NCBI GenBank assembly: GCA_014905635.1
Contig: CM026547.1
Coordinates: forward strand, 3,472,001-3,536,000
Reading direction: 5' to 3'
Length of the DNA: 64,000 nucleotides
Source of the DNA: Scenedesmus sp. PABB004
Lineage: Eukaryota
A program made the translations under genes and the position numbers. The notes under the pieces were generated by a model. That model was given only the letters and a program-made list of their open reading frames with translations, was not told the DNA's origin and ran no database searches. Within the stretch, counting starts at the first letter, position 1. Each line of letters opens with the position of its first letter. Positions 33,609 through 46,544 of the stretch are shown piece by piece.

Positions 33609-33933
33609 CCCGTGCGCGCGGCGGCACTCTGCGTGCGCGCGGCTGCTGCGATTATGCAGCCCCGCGACAGAACTGTGATGCGGGGGTGGTGTGTGCGTGA
33701 ATCTCGTCCTCTCTCTGCGTTCGCACGGCGGCGGCGCCCGGCGGCGGCCGGCGCGCCGAGCCCTGGCGGTGCAACGCGCGCTCGACGCTGCCGCCGCAGC
33801 CAACGCAGCCGCCGCGCCCGCCCCCGCCGCGCCACAGCGCTGCAGCCGCGGTGTGCGCTCGCCTCCGCCGCACCGTCGCCGCGAGGGCAGGCCGCACGGG
33901 GGCGCCGTGCCCGCGCTCGCCGCGCCTGTGCTC

Positions 33934-34695
33934 ATGGCAGCAGCAGCGGAGCCGACCAGCCCTGGCGGACGCGCGAACACGACGAGCAAGACCATCACCG
34001 ACACCATCGTCGGTGAGGCGCGGCCCGGCGCGCGCCGGGGGGCGCGTGGGGCGGCCCCCGACCCCGCCGCGACCCCGCCCGGCCGCAGGCGAGCACACAC
34101 ACACCATCGTGGGCTACAGCCTCATCAAGGGCATCGGGGATGGCGAGCCCATCGCCAGCGAGCGCTTCACCGTGGGCGGGCACGAGTGGGTGAGCGATGC
34201 GGGCGCCCCCCGGCGCCCACGCGCCCTCCCGGGCCTGCCCGGCGCGCGTCACGCGTGCGGAACGGAGCTGCCTACCTGTCAGCGCGGGCGCAGCGCGCCA
34301 GCTGCCCGGGGAGGGCCGGGAGGGGCGACCTTGGCACGGCATGCCCAGCGACAGCAGCAGCAGGCGCCGCGGCGCGCTCCGGGCCGCCACTGCAGCGCCC
34401 CCGAGGCGGCCCCGCCCCTCTGACACCGCCCGGCGCGCCGCCACCCTCGCAGGTGCTGCTGTTCTACCCCGACGGCAAGCGCAGCAGCAGCAGCGACCCG
34501 CAGCTCGGCCCCGGCGACGCCGTGGCGATGCACCACGCAGCCGCGGCGGTCCCGCAGGCGGGCCTGGTGGTAGGCCAGGCAGCGCCGGGCGCGGCGGGCC
34601 TGCCGGTCGTGCAGCAGCACGGCGGCGGCGCGGGCGGCGCGGCGGCGGGCGCGGCGGCGGCGGCGGCGGGCGGCGGCGGCGGCGGCGGTGGCGGC

Positions 34696-34734
<39 letters not shown>

Positions 34735-36356
34735 GCTGGCGGCGGCGGCGGCGGCGGCGGCGACGGCGAGCCGCCCGGCGGGCCGCCGGGCCTGCCGGCG
34801 GGCATGGTGCAGCACCACGCGCACGCGGCGGGCCTGCCCGCTGCGGCGGCGATGCAGCTGGCGCGCATGGCGCCGCCGGGGCGGCGCGACACGACCAACG
34901 AGTACGCCGCGCTCTTTGTTGCGCTCATCGGCGAGGGCCCCAACCCGCAGGGCGTGGTCAACACGAACGAGGGCAAGGTCGTGCGCGCGTTCCACCGCTT
35001 CACGCTCGTCGACCAGACGGGCCAGGGCCGCGACCTCACCAAGGGCCGCACGCGCGAGGCGGGCGCGGTCAAGATCAGCTGCGCGCGGCAGGACCCCAAC
35101 GCGCGCAACTGCCACGGCTACCGCAAGTTTGTCAAGGTGGCTCGCGCGGCGCGCCGCCGCAGCGCTGCGCTGCACAGCGCAGCGCCACGCCGCGCGCGCC
35201 GTGCCTCACCCCCGCCGCCGCCACCTCGCCCCCTCGCAGCGCAACATCCTGGAGGACCCGGCGCGTGGCTTCCTGATGAACGACACGATCATCATCAAGT
35301 ACACCATCGAGCTCGTCGTCTCCAGCGGCGGCGCGCTCAGCCGCAGCAGCGGGCCGAGCAAGGCGGAGCTCATCAAGGTCCCGCCGCCCTCCATCGGCAA
35401 GGACCTCGGCGAGCTCTTCTACTCGGGTGCGCGCGGCAGCGGGCTGGCAGCAGGGCGCAAGCGCGCAGCGGGCTGGGCGCGGCGCGCGGGGCGCAGCGGC
35501 GGGCAGCGCGCCCGCGCCCCCCGCGCGCCCACGCGCCCGCGCGCCGCGCGCGCCCTCGCGCGACAGGCCAGAACAGCGACTACGTGGTGGTGGTGGAGCA
35601 GGAGGGCGAGCAGGAGGAGATTCACGTGCACCGCATGCTGCTCGAGGCGCGCAGCCCCTTTTTCCGCGGCATGCTCGAGTCCAACATGGCCGAGGCGCAG
35701 CAGGGGCGCTACGTCGTGCGCGACATGCTGCCGCCGGTCGTGCGCGCGGTGCTGTACTTCATTTACACCGGTGCGTGTGGGTGTGGGCGGGCGGGTGGGG
35801 AGCGGGGCTGGGGTGCTGCCGGGGCCGCGCGGTGCCGGCCGCGCCGCCGCGCCGCCGCCCGACGCCCGACGCCCGCGCCGCGCCGCCGCCGCCCGCTGCC
35901 GCGGGGCGCGCAGACCAGCTGCCGGAGGAGCTGGAGGGCGCCAACCTGGAGGTCGCGATGGCGCAGCACCTGCTCGCCGCGGCCGACATGTACCAGCTCA
36001 CACGCCTGCGCCGCATCTGCGAGCGCCGGCTGTGCGAGAGCGTGGACGTGGAGACCGCGGCGACGACGCTCGCGCTCGCGGAGCAGAACCACGCGGAGGA
36101 GCTGAAGCGCGTGTGCCTCGACTTTGTGTCCCGCAACCTCGCGGCGGTCATGCAAACGGACGGCTACCGCCACATGACGCGCAGCTGCCCCAGCCTGCAG
36201 GCGGAGCTGCTGCAGGTCATCGCCTCCACCGGCGCCGCGGCGGGGCACGACCGCGCGCACGGCGGCGCGCACCGCAGCCACGGCGGCCACGTGCGGCGCC
36301 TCGGCGACGTCGAGGCGGCCGAGGAGCGCCGCGTGCGGCAGCGCCGCAACGAGTAG
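33934..36356 (+). CDS. BPM: BTB/POZ-MATH protein (BPM/SPOP-like CUL3 adaptor)
   Basis: GYSLIKGIGDGEPIASERFTVGGHEW, FYPDGK, FTLVDQTG, GYRKFVKR, LEARSPFF, HLLAAADMYQL, TTLALAEQNH. Confidence 0.93.
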
Positions 36357-37163
36357 CGCGGCGCGCACGCCCGGGCGCGGGCTCTCGCCGCCTGGCACGG
36401 GCCCTGCGGCCACGGCTCCCCGCTGCTGTGTGGCGCTGCTGCGCGCGCCGGGCGCCCGCGCGGGCGCGCTGCCCAGCGCCGCATTTGGCGCGGCGCCGCG
36501 CGCGCGCGGGCGCCCGCCCGGCCGCCGCGGCGGCCGAGGGTGTCCCTGCTGCAGTGGTCGTGCTCCCAGGGACGCCCTTCCTGCACACACCCTGCGCGCG
36601 TCGTGCAGCGGCTGCGAAACGCATGCACGGCGAGCGGCGCGTTTTGAGCGGCGGTGTCTCTGTCTGTTGGACGCGGCCAATGGCGCGGCAGCGCTGGCCC
36701 GCCGCGGGCCGCCTGACTGTTCCTTGTTGACGGGAGCTGGCCGCTGGGATACACTCAACGGGGCTCGGACTGTTCCTTGTTCGCGGCCCTCGGGACGACG
36801 ACGAGTGCAACGCCAGCGCTGCAGTCGCCGCTGCGGCGGTTCTTGGTTTGCCGTGCGCCCCCGCCCGCGCCATCGCGAGCTCAATCGTCAGCGCTCCCGC
36901 CCGCGCCGCCCAGCCCAACGCCGCGCCTGCACGCGGCACCGCAGCCCTGCGCGGCGGCGCAGCCCTACTCGCGGCGGCGCAGCCCTACTTTCCAGGGCGG
37001 CGCGGCCCCCATCGCCGAGCTCGGCGACGTCCTCTGCGGTCACTCATCCGGCCCACGCGGGCTCGGCGGGCGGAGGCGCGGCCGCGCGGCAACGCAGCAG
37101 CGGCGGCGACCGTTGCGAGCGGCGCGCCCCGCAGCCGGCGCGCTTACGTCACATGCCGGCGTC

Positions 37164-38468
37164 ATGGACCAGGCGCTAGCCGGCGCGAGCAGCGACAGCG
37201 GCGGCGGGACGTGGCTCGGCGCGCTCGCACGCAACGTGTCGGGCACGCTGCTCGCCGGGGGAAGCGGCCACAAGGGGCCGGCGTCGCCGGGCCTGGAGCT
37301 GGCGGCGATGGCGGAGGACGGCACCCGTGCTGACGGCGGCGCGGCGCCCGTCGCGATCCCGCGCAGCGGCGTCGGCGCGCCGCCGGCGCCGCCCGCGCCG
37401 GCGGGGCGCGCACCCGCCGTGGAGCACCCGCTCGCGGAGGCTCCCCTGCCCACGACGCGGTGCGCGAGCAGCGGCAGCGGGCTCCCCAGCGCGCTGACGG
37501 TGCCCAGCCCGGTCGCAAAGCCGGCGGCGCTGCGGCGCGTGCCGAGCGCGGACGAGCAGGACCCGGGCCCCGCGAGCGCGGAGCAGCGGCGCGTGCGCTG
37601 GGGCGGCGCCAGCGACGCGGTGCCGGCGCAGCCGCCGCCGGAGCGCCGGGGCGCCGCCGCGCCGCGCGACGGCGTCGCCAGCGCGGCGAGCGCGTGCCCG
37701 CCCACGCCGCCGCGGCGGCCCGGCGCGGCGTCGTCGCGGCTGCCGCCGTCCGGCGACGCTGCTCTCGACAAGTACCTGGTGGGCGGCCGGCCGCCGCCGC
37801 GCCGCCGCGCCGCCGCGCCGCCGCGCCGCCGCGCCGCCTCCGCCGCGCCGCCGCCGCCGCGCCCGGCGCGCGCGCGCACGACACCGCTGACGCCGGCGCC
37901 TGCGCCGCCGCGCCGCGTGGGGCAGGCCTACCTGCTGCGCGACCGCGCGCACACGTTCATGCACTTTGCGGCGTGGGGCCTCACCGAGGACGGGTGCGCC
38001 GCGGTCGGCGAGTTCCTGCGCCGCGACCGGCGCGTGCGCGTGATGGCGCTCTCGGGCAACGGCGTGCGCGACGAGGGCGCCGAGCTGCTCGCCGAGGGCC
38101 TTGCGAGCAACGCCACGCTCACGGCGCTGGACCTCGGCAGCAACAAGATCGGATCGATGGGAGCGATCGCGCTCGCAGAGGCGATCAGCGCCAACACGAC
38201 GCTCAAGGCGCGCTGCCGGCTGCGCGGCCACGCCGCGCCGGAGGTCCGCCCACGCGCCCGCGCCCATGCGGCCGCGCCGCGCCTCCTCGCGCAGGAGCTC
38301 AACCTGGCGGGCAACCGCATCGGCGACGACGGCGCCGAGGCGCTCGCCGCGGCGATTGCGGCGGGCAGCGGCGTGCGCAAGCTGCACCTGGGCGGCAATC
38401 CGAGCATCAGCGCGGCGCAGCTGCAGGTGGTGCAGCACGTGCTCAAGACGCGGGAGCTCAAGACGTGA
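37164..38468 (+). CDS. RNI-like LRR protein (NLRC3-type repeats) with disordered N-terminus
   Basis: MALSGNGVRDEGAELLAEGLASNATLTALDLGSNKIGSMGAIALAEAISANTTLK|ELNLAGNRIGDDGA. Confidence 0.8.
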   Translation: MDQALAGASSDSGGGTWLGALARNVSGTLLAGGSGHKGPASPGLELAAMAEDGTRADGGAAPVAIPRSGVGAPPAPPAPAGRAPAVEHPLAEAPLPTTRCASSGSGLPSALTVPSPVAKPAALRRVPSADEQDPGPASAEQRRVRWGGASDAVPAQPPPERRGAAAPRDGVASAASACPPTPPRRPGAASSRLPPSGDAALDKYLVGGRPPPRRRAAAPPRRRAASAAPPPPRPARARTTPLTPAPAPPRRVGQAYLLRDRAHTFMHFAAWGLTEDGCAAVGEFLRRDRRVRVMALSGNGVRDEGAELLAEGLASNATLTALDLGSNKIGSMGAIALAEAISANTTLKARCRLRGHAAPEVRPRARAHAAAPRLLAQELNLAGNRIGDDGAEALAAAIAAGSGVRKLHLGGNPSISAAQLQVVQHVLKTRELKT

Positions 38469-38594
38469 GGGCGGCGCGGCGCGGCGCCAGCCCGCCCGCC
38501 GCGCCCTGCCGCCCACGCCGCCGCCCCCACCGCGGCGCCGCGCGGCCGCAGGCGCCCCGCGAAGCAGTCGAGCAGCGGCAGCCTGCGCGCGCAC

Positions 38595-39461
38595 ATGCGC
38601 AAGAGTAGCAGCCTGCAGTTCCACATCGAGCTCGAGCTCACCGACGCGGACGAGGTGCAGCGCAGCGCCGCGCGGCACCGCCACGAGCTGCCGCCGGCGG
38701 TCGCGGTCGCCGCGCTGTCGGAGCCGCTGGACACGCTCGAGGAGAGCCTCGCGCGCCTGGTGGCGCAGCTGCTGCCGGAGGTCGAGGAGGACGCCGCGGC
38801 GGCGGCGGCGGCGCGGCGCGCGCAGGCGGAGGGCGGCGGCGCGGCCGGCGGCGCGGCGGCGCCGCCGGACGTCGTGCTGCTGCTCGCGCAGCGCCTCGCG
38901 CAGCGCGGCTACGACGCCACGCTGCGCACGAGCTGCCGCGCGGCAGAGGCGGCGGGCAGCGAGGGCGGCGCGCCCGCGCCCGGCGCGGGGCTGCGGCACA
39001 CGTTTGTGCGCGTGCTGCAGCCGGGCATGGAGGAGACGAGCGCGCCGGTCATCGTGGACCCGACCGTGCGCACGCCGCAGCGCGCGCGGCGGCGCAGCGG
39101 GCTGCACGCGCGCCGGCCGGCGGCCGCGCCCGCCCGCCCCCCGCCCACGCGCCGGCGCGCCGCGCCGCAGGTGCGGGACGAGCTGGAGATCGCCCACGCC
39201 ACGGAGCGGTATCGCTCGGTGCTGGGCGCGCTGCCGCGCTGCCTCGTGCTGGCCGAGCCGCGCCTGTTCCACCTGGTCGAGGCGCTCGCTTCCGAAATGG
39301 CCGCCGCGTTCGCCGCGGCCGGCATGCCCTGCCCGCCCTGGCGCGACGCGGGCGCGATGCTCGCCAAGTGGCTCGCGCCCGCGCCGGCGGACGTGGCCGT
39401 CGACGGCGAGGCGCCGCTGGCGGCGCTGCGCGCGGCGGTGGTCGCCGCCGCCCGGCGTTGA
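38595..39461 (+). CDS. DUF506 (plant PDDEXK-like) family protein, 1 intron ~39066-39170
   Basis: RHTFVRV, VIVDP, ELEIAHATERY, GMPCPPWR...MLAKW are typical of DUF506. Confidence 0.85.
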   Translation: MRKSSSLQFHIELELTDADEVQRSAARHRHELPPAVAVAALSEPLDTLEESLARLVAQLLPEVEEDAAAAAAARRAQAEGGGAAGGAAAPPDVVLLLAQRLAQRGYDATLRTSCRAAEAAGSEGGAPAPGAGLRHTFVRVLQPGMEETSAPVIVDPTVRTPQRARRRSGLHARRPAAAPARPPPTRRRAAPQVRDELEIAHATERYRSVLGALPRCLVLAEPRLFHLVEALASEMAAAFAAAGMPCPPWRDAGAMLAKWLAPAPADVAVDGEAPLAALRAAVVAAARR

Positions 39462-39962
39462 CGGCGAGGCCTGCCTCGCAGGCTGCCGGCACCGGGAGGC
39501 GGGCGTGCGCTCGGCCGGCGGCGGGATTTTTGTGCGTCGCAACCCAATCGCAGGATGGGTGGGTGGGCTTCCTCATCCGGCTGCTCGGTCCGGAGCTCTC
39601 TCTCCAAGCAGTGAGGCCAACACGGGCTGCGGCGGTTGCGACTACTGACGGCGCCGCCCCGCCCGCTCGGCTGCTCCCCCGTGACCTCCCCACGAGTCGG
39701 TGTGGGCGCCACCGCCACGTGACAGCAACCCCCCGTCTGCGGCCTGCGCCACCCGGTGGTCAGCTCGCATCTCGCCGCGCAGCCCAGGCGCGCGCTCCCG
39801 GCCCCGCACCGCCCCGCGCGCAGCTTCTCGTGCCGGACGCCGACCATGGATCGTTCCAGCTAGCTCCCGCGCCGCCAGCCCCCGCGAGCAGGCGGCGCGC
39901 GCGAACAGCGGGCGCGCGGCGCCGCCCTCAACAACGCGAGCCGCTCGCCGCCGGGGGCCGCC

Positions 39963-42900
39963 ATGCCGCCCGTGGCCGAGCTCGTGGGCGCCGTGGGCCG
40001 CCTGGCGGGCCCGCACCCGCCCGACGCGGAGGGGCTCACGCTCGCCGTGCGCGTGCTGCCGCCGACGGGCCGCGGCCGCGGCGGCGGCGCGCTGCCCGGC
40101 GCCGGCCGCGTCGCGGCGGCGGCGCTCACCGCCGACGCGCTCGGCCTGGTCACGGCCGCGGGCGACGTGTACGCGGTGCACCTCGCGCGCCGGCGCTACG
40201 TGTGCCTCGACAGCCTGGGCTGCGCGGGCAGCGCGGCGGCGTTCATGGCGCGCGCGAGCCGGCGCCTGTTTGTGGGCGCCGCCGACGGCGCCATCCATGC
40301 CTACGACATCGCCGTGAGCGGCCGCCTCGCCAAGCTGCCGGGCCACCGCGCGCCCGTGGCGAGCCTGTCGACCAAGCCCGACACCGAGCAGCTGCTCTCG
40401 GCCGCCCCCGACGCGGTGCTGCTCTGGGACGTCGCCAGCTTCCGGCAGCGCCGCATGCTCGGCGGTGTGCCGCACGGCACGACGCAGGCCGCCTTCTCGC
40501 CGGCCGGCAACCTCATCGCCGCGGCGGCGGGGCCCGAGCTCGTGCTGTGGAGCGCCAAGACGCTCGCGGAGCTGGGGCGGCTGCCGCTGCCGCTCGACCG
40601 CGCGCAGCGGCCCTTCGCGGCGGCGACGCTGGCGCTCAGCGCCGACGAGCGCCGGCTCGTCGTCGGCGCGCGCGCGCCCGCGCTGCTGCTGGTCTACGGC
40701 GTCGCCTCGCTGCGCCTCGAGCACGCGCTGCGCCTGCCGGACGAGCTCTTCGGGGTCACCCAGGTCGCGGTGCTGCCCGACAGCGCCACCGCGGCGGGTG
40801 AGGCGCGCGCCCCGGCCGGCACCCGGCGCGGCGCGGCGCCCCGCGCGGCGGCCGGCCGCGCCGCCGCCGCCCTGACGCCCGCCCCCGCCGTCGGCGCCTG
40901 TCCCGCGCCCCGTCACTCCCCGCCCGCGCCCCGCAGTCCTGGGCAGCAACGGCAGCGTGGTCTTCGTGGACCTGCAGCACGGCACGCTGACCGCGCAGCT
41001 GCCGCTGGCGCTGCCGCTCTGCCGCGCGGCCACGTTCAGCCTGGAGCCGCGCGCCAACAGCATCGCCGTCGTGTGCAGCGATGGCCTGGTCCGGCTCTAC
41101 GACCTGGCGGTCGTGCGGCGCGCTGCCGCCGCGGCGCCGGCGATGGCGGTCGCCAAGCTGCAGGAGGGCGAGCTGCAGCTGCTGGACGCGGGCGTCGCGG
41201 CGCCGCGCGGCGGCCGGGCGCTCGCCGCGCCGGCCGGCGCCGGTGCAGGCGAGGCGGTGCTGGCTGACATTGGCAACCTGCCGGGCAGGGCCGCGCGCGC
41301 CGGCGCCGCCGCCAAGCAGCTGGGCAAGGGCGCCGCCGGCCTGCGCACGCGGCCGGTCGACGCGGCGGCGGCGGCGCTGAACCGGCGCAAGCTGCAGGAC
41401 ATGCTCGCGGCGTACGGCGAGTTCCCGGCGCAATATCGCGCCCTCATATGGTGAGCGGGGGCGGGCGCCGACGAGCCACCGTGCCGGCGAGCCTCCGCGC
41501 CGCCCACGCCGCCGGCCGCCGGCCGCCGTGCCGCTGGCCGCTGCGCCGCCCACCTCGCGCCGCGCCGCGCCCCCGCGCAGGGACCACCTGCTGCAGCTCC
41601 CGCACAACTCCGCGTCGTTCGCGCTGCTGCAGGACAAGGGCGTGCACGCCGCGCACGCGGGCCTGGTCGCGGCGATGCAGCCGCCCGGCGCCAAGCGCAG
41701 CGCGGCGGCCGTGCGCCTGCAGGCCTGCCTCTCGCAGCTCGCGCACTGGTGCCCGCTCTTTGCCGAGGCGGGCTTCCTGCCGCGCTTCGCGTTCCCCTTC
41801 GTGCAGCTGTTTGGGCCGGCGGCCGAGGCGTCGTTCGAGGCGGTCGCGACGCTGCTGCTCAACTGGGCCAAGGGCTGGTTCGAGCTCTTCCCAAACCCGC
41901 CGCTGCCGCTGCTGCGCCGCTTCCTGGTGCGCGCTCCGCGCCGCGCCCGCGGCGGGCCGCGCGCCGGGGGGCTGACCGCCGGCTGGCCCGCTGACCCCCG
42001 CCGCCGCCGCCGTGCGCGCAGCTGCTGGTGGGCCAGCACGACCCCCAGCTCGGCGCGCACCTGACGGCGCTCGGGCTGCCGCTGCTGACGGCGCTCTGGC
42101 ACCACCTCAGCGGCGCGCTGTCCGAGCTGCTGCCCGACCCGCGCGACTGGCTGGTGCTGTGGGACCACGCGCTCGCGGCGGCAGAGGGGCCGGGCTTCCT
42201 GTACAGCCTGCTGGCGGCCTACCTCATCGCGCAGCGCCCGCTGCTGCTCGCGGCGCGCGACGCGGCCGCGCTCACGCGCGTGTTCGACGCCCGCCCGCCC
42301 GTCGACGTCCAGCAGGCGCGGCGCGCGGCGGCGCGGCGCGCGCCGCCGCGGCGCGGGAGCACCGCACCGCGCCGGCGCCGAGCACCGCGCCGCGCCGCGC
42401 AGGTCGTCAAGCGCGCGTACGCGCTGCACGCGGCCACGCCCGACTACGCGCGCCTCGGCCTCGCGGCCTTCACGCCGCTGCCGGGCGCGCCCGCGCCGAC
42501 GCCTGGCGCCGCGGCGGCGGCCGACACAGACGCCACCGCGGCTGGCGCGGCCGCGGGGCCGGGGCCGGCGCCGCGCCTGAGAGCGCCGCGCCGTACCCGG
42601 TGTTTACCGAGTTCCCGGTGGGCTCGGTGGAGCTGCAGGCCCTCGAGCGCCGCCGCATCCAGGAGGCCGAGGACGCGCTCGTCCGTCGACGCCAGGCGCG
42701 CGCCGCCGCGCCGCGTCCGCGCGAGCCGCGTGTGGGGGGCAGCCCGCCCGCGCACGCGCGCGGCGCCGACCGCACTCGCCCGCCGCCGCCGCACGCGCCG
42801 TTGCCGCAGGTCGTCGCCGAGCTGGAGCAGCGCAGCAAGGCGGTGTCGTTTGACGCGTCCGCGCTCGCGGCGCAGCGGCAGCAGCTCGCGGCGCTCGACG

Positions 42901-45900
42901 CGCAGCGGCGCGCCGCGATGCGGGCGATCGACAACTCCCTGGCCGCCGCGGGCGCGCGGCTGGACGACCGGGCCAAGGAGGAGAAGCTCAAGCAGATCCG
43001 CCTGGTCGAGGAGGCGCACGCGGTGCGGGGCACACGTGGGCCTCGCATCCGGGGGGGGGGGGTGCACGGGCGCGCTGCACTGCGCGGGCGAGCGAGCCGG
43101 CGCCGCGCCCACGCCGCGCACCGCCGCTCCGCGCGCGCAGTCGAGCGTGGCGGCGCTGCGCGCCGAGTGGTCGTCGGAGCTGGCGGCGCTGAAGGCGGAG
43201 GTGGAGCACAAGCGCCGCCAGGCGGCGGCGGCGCTCAAGGCGCGGCAGGAGGAGGAGGACATAAAGGTGGGGCTGGCGAGTGGTGTTGTCACTGCTCGCG
43301 CGTGCTGGGGGCTTGGCGCGGCCTGCTCGTCGCCGGCCGTGCCGCCGCCGGCTGACGGGCGCCCCGCCCGCCCGCCGCCCCTGCCCCCTCGGGGCGCAAG
43401 GCGCTGGAGTTCCATGCCCAGCAGAAGATGTGGGCGCTGCAGCAGGAGGAGCTGGCCGCGGCGGGCACGTCGGCGCTGCAGGACGCGGCCGCCGCGCAGG
43501 CGGCGGCGCTCGCGGCGGAGCGCGCGCGCAAGGCCGCCGAGTGGGCCGCGCAGGACGAGGCGCGCGCGCTGCGCCAGAAGCACGAGGCGGCGCGCCAGGC
43601 GCGCCTGCTGGCCGCGGCGGAGCAGGAGGCCGCGCGCCAGGCGGCCAAGGGGCTGCTGCTGGCGCAGGAGCTGGGCGAGCAGCAGGAGCTGGCGGCGGTG
43701 GAGCACGCGCGCCAGCTGCGCCAGCTGGCCGAGGAGGAGGCGGAGCTGACGGCGCAGCAGACGCAGCTGGCGGTCGAGCGCCAGGCGGTCGTGGAGGCGG
43801 CCGGCGAGCAGCTGCGCGAGCAGGCGGCGCAGCGCAAGACCAGGTGGGCGCCCGCGGCGGGGGCGGCGCGCACGACCGGCCGGCGGGCGCCTGGCCTCTC
43901 CGCCCTCGCCGAGCACGCCGAGCGCGCCGACCCTGCGTGTGCCGCGCCGCAGTTTCACCGAGCAGCAGCAGCGCCGCATGGAGGCCCTGGCGGCTGCGCG
44001 CGCCGCGCTGCAGCAGCGCCAGACCGAGCTTCAAGCCACGGCGGCCGACATCGGCGCGGCGGCGCGGCTGTCCAGCGCGGAGGAGCAGCTGGGCGCGCTG
44101 GAGGCGGCGCTCAAGGCGGCGGACGCCGAGCACGCGGCGCGCGTGGAGGCGATCGTCCAGCGCCTGGGCGCGGTGCGTGGGGCGAGTGGCGGGGCGGCCG
44201 CGCCGGGCGGCGGCAAGCAGTGGCTGCGCCGTGCCGCGCCCGCCGCCTGAGCCGTCCAGCCCTGCCCCGTGCCGCACCGCCCCTGCAGGACGAGGCGGCG
44301 CACGAGCAGCTGCTCGGCAAGCTCAGGCAGCGGGCGGCGGCGGCGGCCGGCTCGCCCGGCAGGCCCAGCCCCGCCGCGAGCCTCGAGGCGCGGCTGGCCG
44401 CGCTCGCCGCTGCCGCGCAGGCCGCTGGCGCCTCTGGCACGCCTGGAGGCCAGCCGGCGGCGCAGGGCGGGGGCAGCCCGGACCGCGCCCGTGCCATCTG
44501 GCAGGAGGGCAGCAGCTATGAGGGCCTGGTGGAGCAGCTGCAGGACCTGGTCCGCCGGCGCGCGGCGGCGGCGGAGGCGTCTGCGGCGGCCTCCGCGGCG
44601 GCGGACGCCGAGGCGGCGGCGGCCGAGGGCGCCCTGCGCTCCGCGCGCGCCAGGGCCGCCGCCTCGGTGCCGCCCGCGGCGTCCAGCGCCACGCCCAGCG
44701 GCACCAGCGTGGACGTGTCGCAGGAGCTGGAGCAGCTGCTGGCCGACACGCAGGCGGAGGTGGAGCTGGAGATGGCTTACAAGGCCGCGCTGAGCGCGGC
44801 GCACACGCGCGGCGGCAGCCCAGCGGCTGCGGCGGCAGCCGCGGCGGCGGCAGGGGCGGCAGCGTCACCAGCAGCCCGCCGCAGCGCCCCAGGCCGCCCA
44901 GCAGCGCGAGCAGCCCCGCGCGCCGGCCGCCGCTGGGCGCGCGGGGCAAGGCCTCTCCGCGCCCCGGCGACAGCGCGGCGCAGCGGCCGGGCAGCGCGGC
45001 GAGCTCGCGCAGCCCTCCGCGGGCTGAGCTTGCGGCGGCGGGGCTGGAGCCGCTGACTGAGCAGGGCAGGGCTCTGCAGGGGCTGTCGCCGGTGAGCGCG
45101 CGCCGGCCCGCGCGCGCCGGCGGCCTGCCGCGCCGCCGCTCTGCCGCGCCCCGCCACGCCCCGCCGCCGCTCTGCACGCTCGCAGGGCAAGCCCGCCAGC
45201 GATGGTGGCAGCAGCACCGGCGGCGGCGTGCACGACTGGCGGCGGCGGCAGCGGCAGCTCGAGGCCCTGCTGGCGCCGGGCGGGCTCGGCGGCGTCGGCA
45301 GCCCCAGCAGCCCCTCGTCCGCGTCCCTCCTGACCGCCTCGTCCACGGGCGGCGCCCTCACCAGCTCGCCCGACCGCCCCGGCGGCGAGCTGTACCGGCC
45401 GGTGCTGCTTGGCGTGGCGGACGAGGCCGGCGGGCGCGCGCGCGTGGCGCTGGGCCGCACCACGCCCTCGTCCAGCAGCGGCGGAGGGAGCTCCGGGTCC
45501 AAGTCGCTCTCGTTCGACGCGCCGGCCTCCTCGGGCGGCGCCCTGGCTGGGGGCGAGGGCGAGGGCGTGACGCCCGTGCTGGGCGCGCGCGCGCGCACGC
45601 GCACGGGCACCGAGGGCAGCGCGCCGGCGTCGGCCTACGCGTCGGCGCAGGGCTCCGAGGGCGGGCTGGGCGAGGCGTGGGCGGCGAGCAGCGGCGGCGG
45701 CGCGGGCACGCGGCCCGGCGGCCGGCGCCGCTCCGCGGGCCTGGACGCCAGCGGCCGCGTGTCGGCGGAGCTGCGCCAGTCCTCGTCAGGTGTGGCGCCG
45801 GCGCCGCGCGCGGCGGCAGCTGGCTGCGGCGCTGCGCGCGGCCGCCACCCCAAGCGGCAACGCCCCCGCGTGCCTCGCAGCCACGAGCGAGGAGCTCGAG

Positions 45901-46107
45901 TCGCTGCTGGCCAAGCTGGCGGTCTACGAGGAGCGCCTGCTGCAGGGCGACGACGACGCAGCAGCGGCGGGGCCGCCGCCGCGCGGCGGCGCGCCGAGCG
46001 AGGTCGGCAGCAGCGTGAGCTGGTCGCAGACGCTCGCGGGTCTGGCGCAGCTGCTGCCTTACAAGGGCGGCGGTGGCGGTGGCGGCGGCGATGAGGATGA
46101 GAGCTAG
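39963..46107 (+). CDS. TBC1D31: TBC1 domain family member 31-like (WD40 + Rab-GAP TBC + coiled coil), multi-exon
   Basis: WD40 motifs (LPGHRAPVASL, VLLWDV, VRLYDL); LAAYGEFPAQYRALIW, LAHWCPLF, FPFVQLF, NWAKGWFELFPNPP, WLVLWDH; long E/Q/A coiled coil. Confidence 0.85.
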
Positions 46108-46544
46108 TGGCGGGCCTGGGCCAGGCCTGGGCGAAGCCTGGGGGGCCCGCGCGCTGGCAGTGCTGGCCAGGCACGGCGGTCCTGCAAAGCGAAACCTCGT
46201 GCGTGCCACGCAGCGCCCCCCCCCCACTTCCGACAGCCTCGGCCGTCCTGTCACTGGCCACCGCGGCCACCGCGCCTCCTCAGGGCAGCAGCAGCACGCG
46301 CCGCCATCACCGCGCCGCCGTGCGCACGGCCTGCCCGCCCGGTCGCGTTGGCCGCGGCCACGCGGCGTGTTGCATCTGCTGCCGTGCCTGCCGGTCGCTG
46401 GAGCCTGCGGTCTCGCGCGCAGCCCATGCGCCGTTCGCCGCGCGCAGCGGCGGCGGCCGGCGGCCCTGCAAGCCACCTGGCGGCATGCGGCTGCTGAAAC
46501 CTGGCGGCCCGCGCCACCACGTCTGCATGTCGGTGGCTGCTGCC

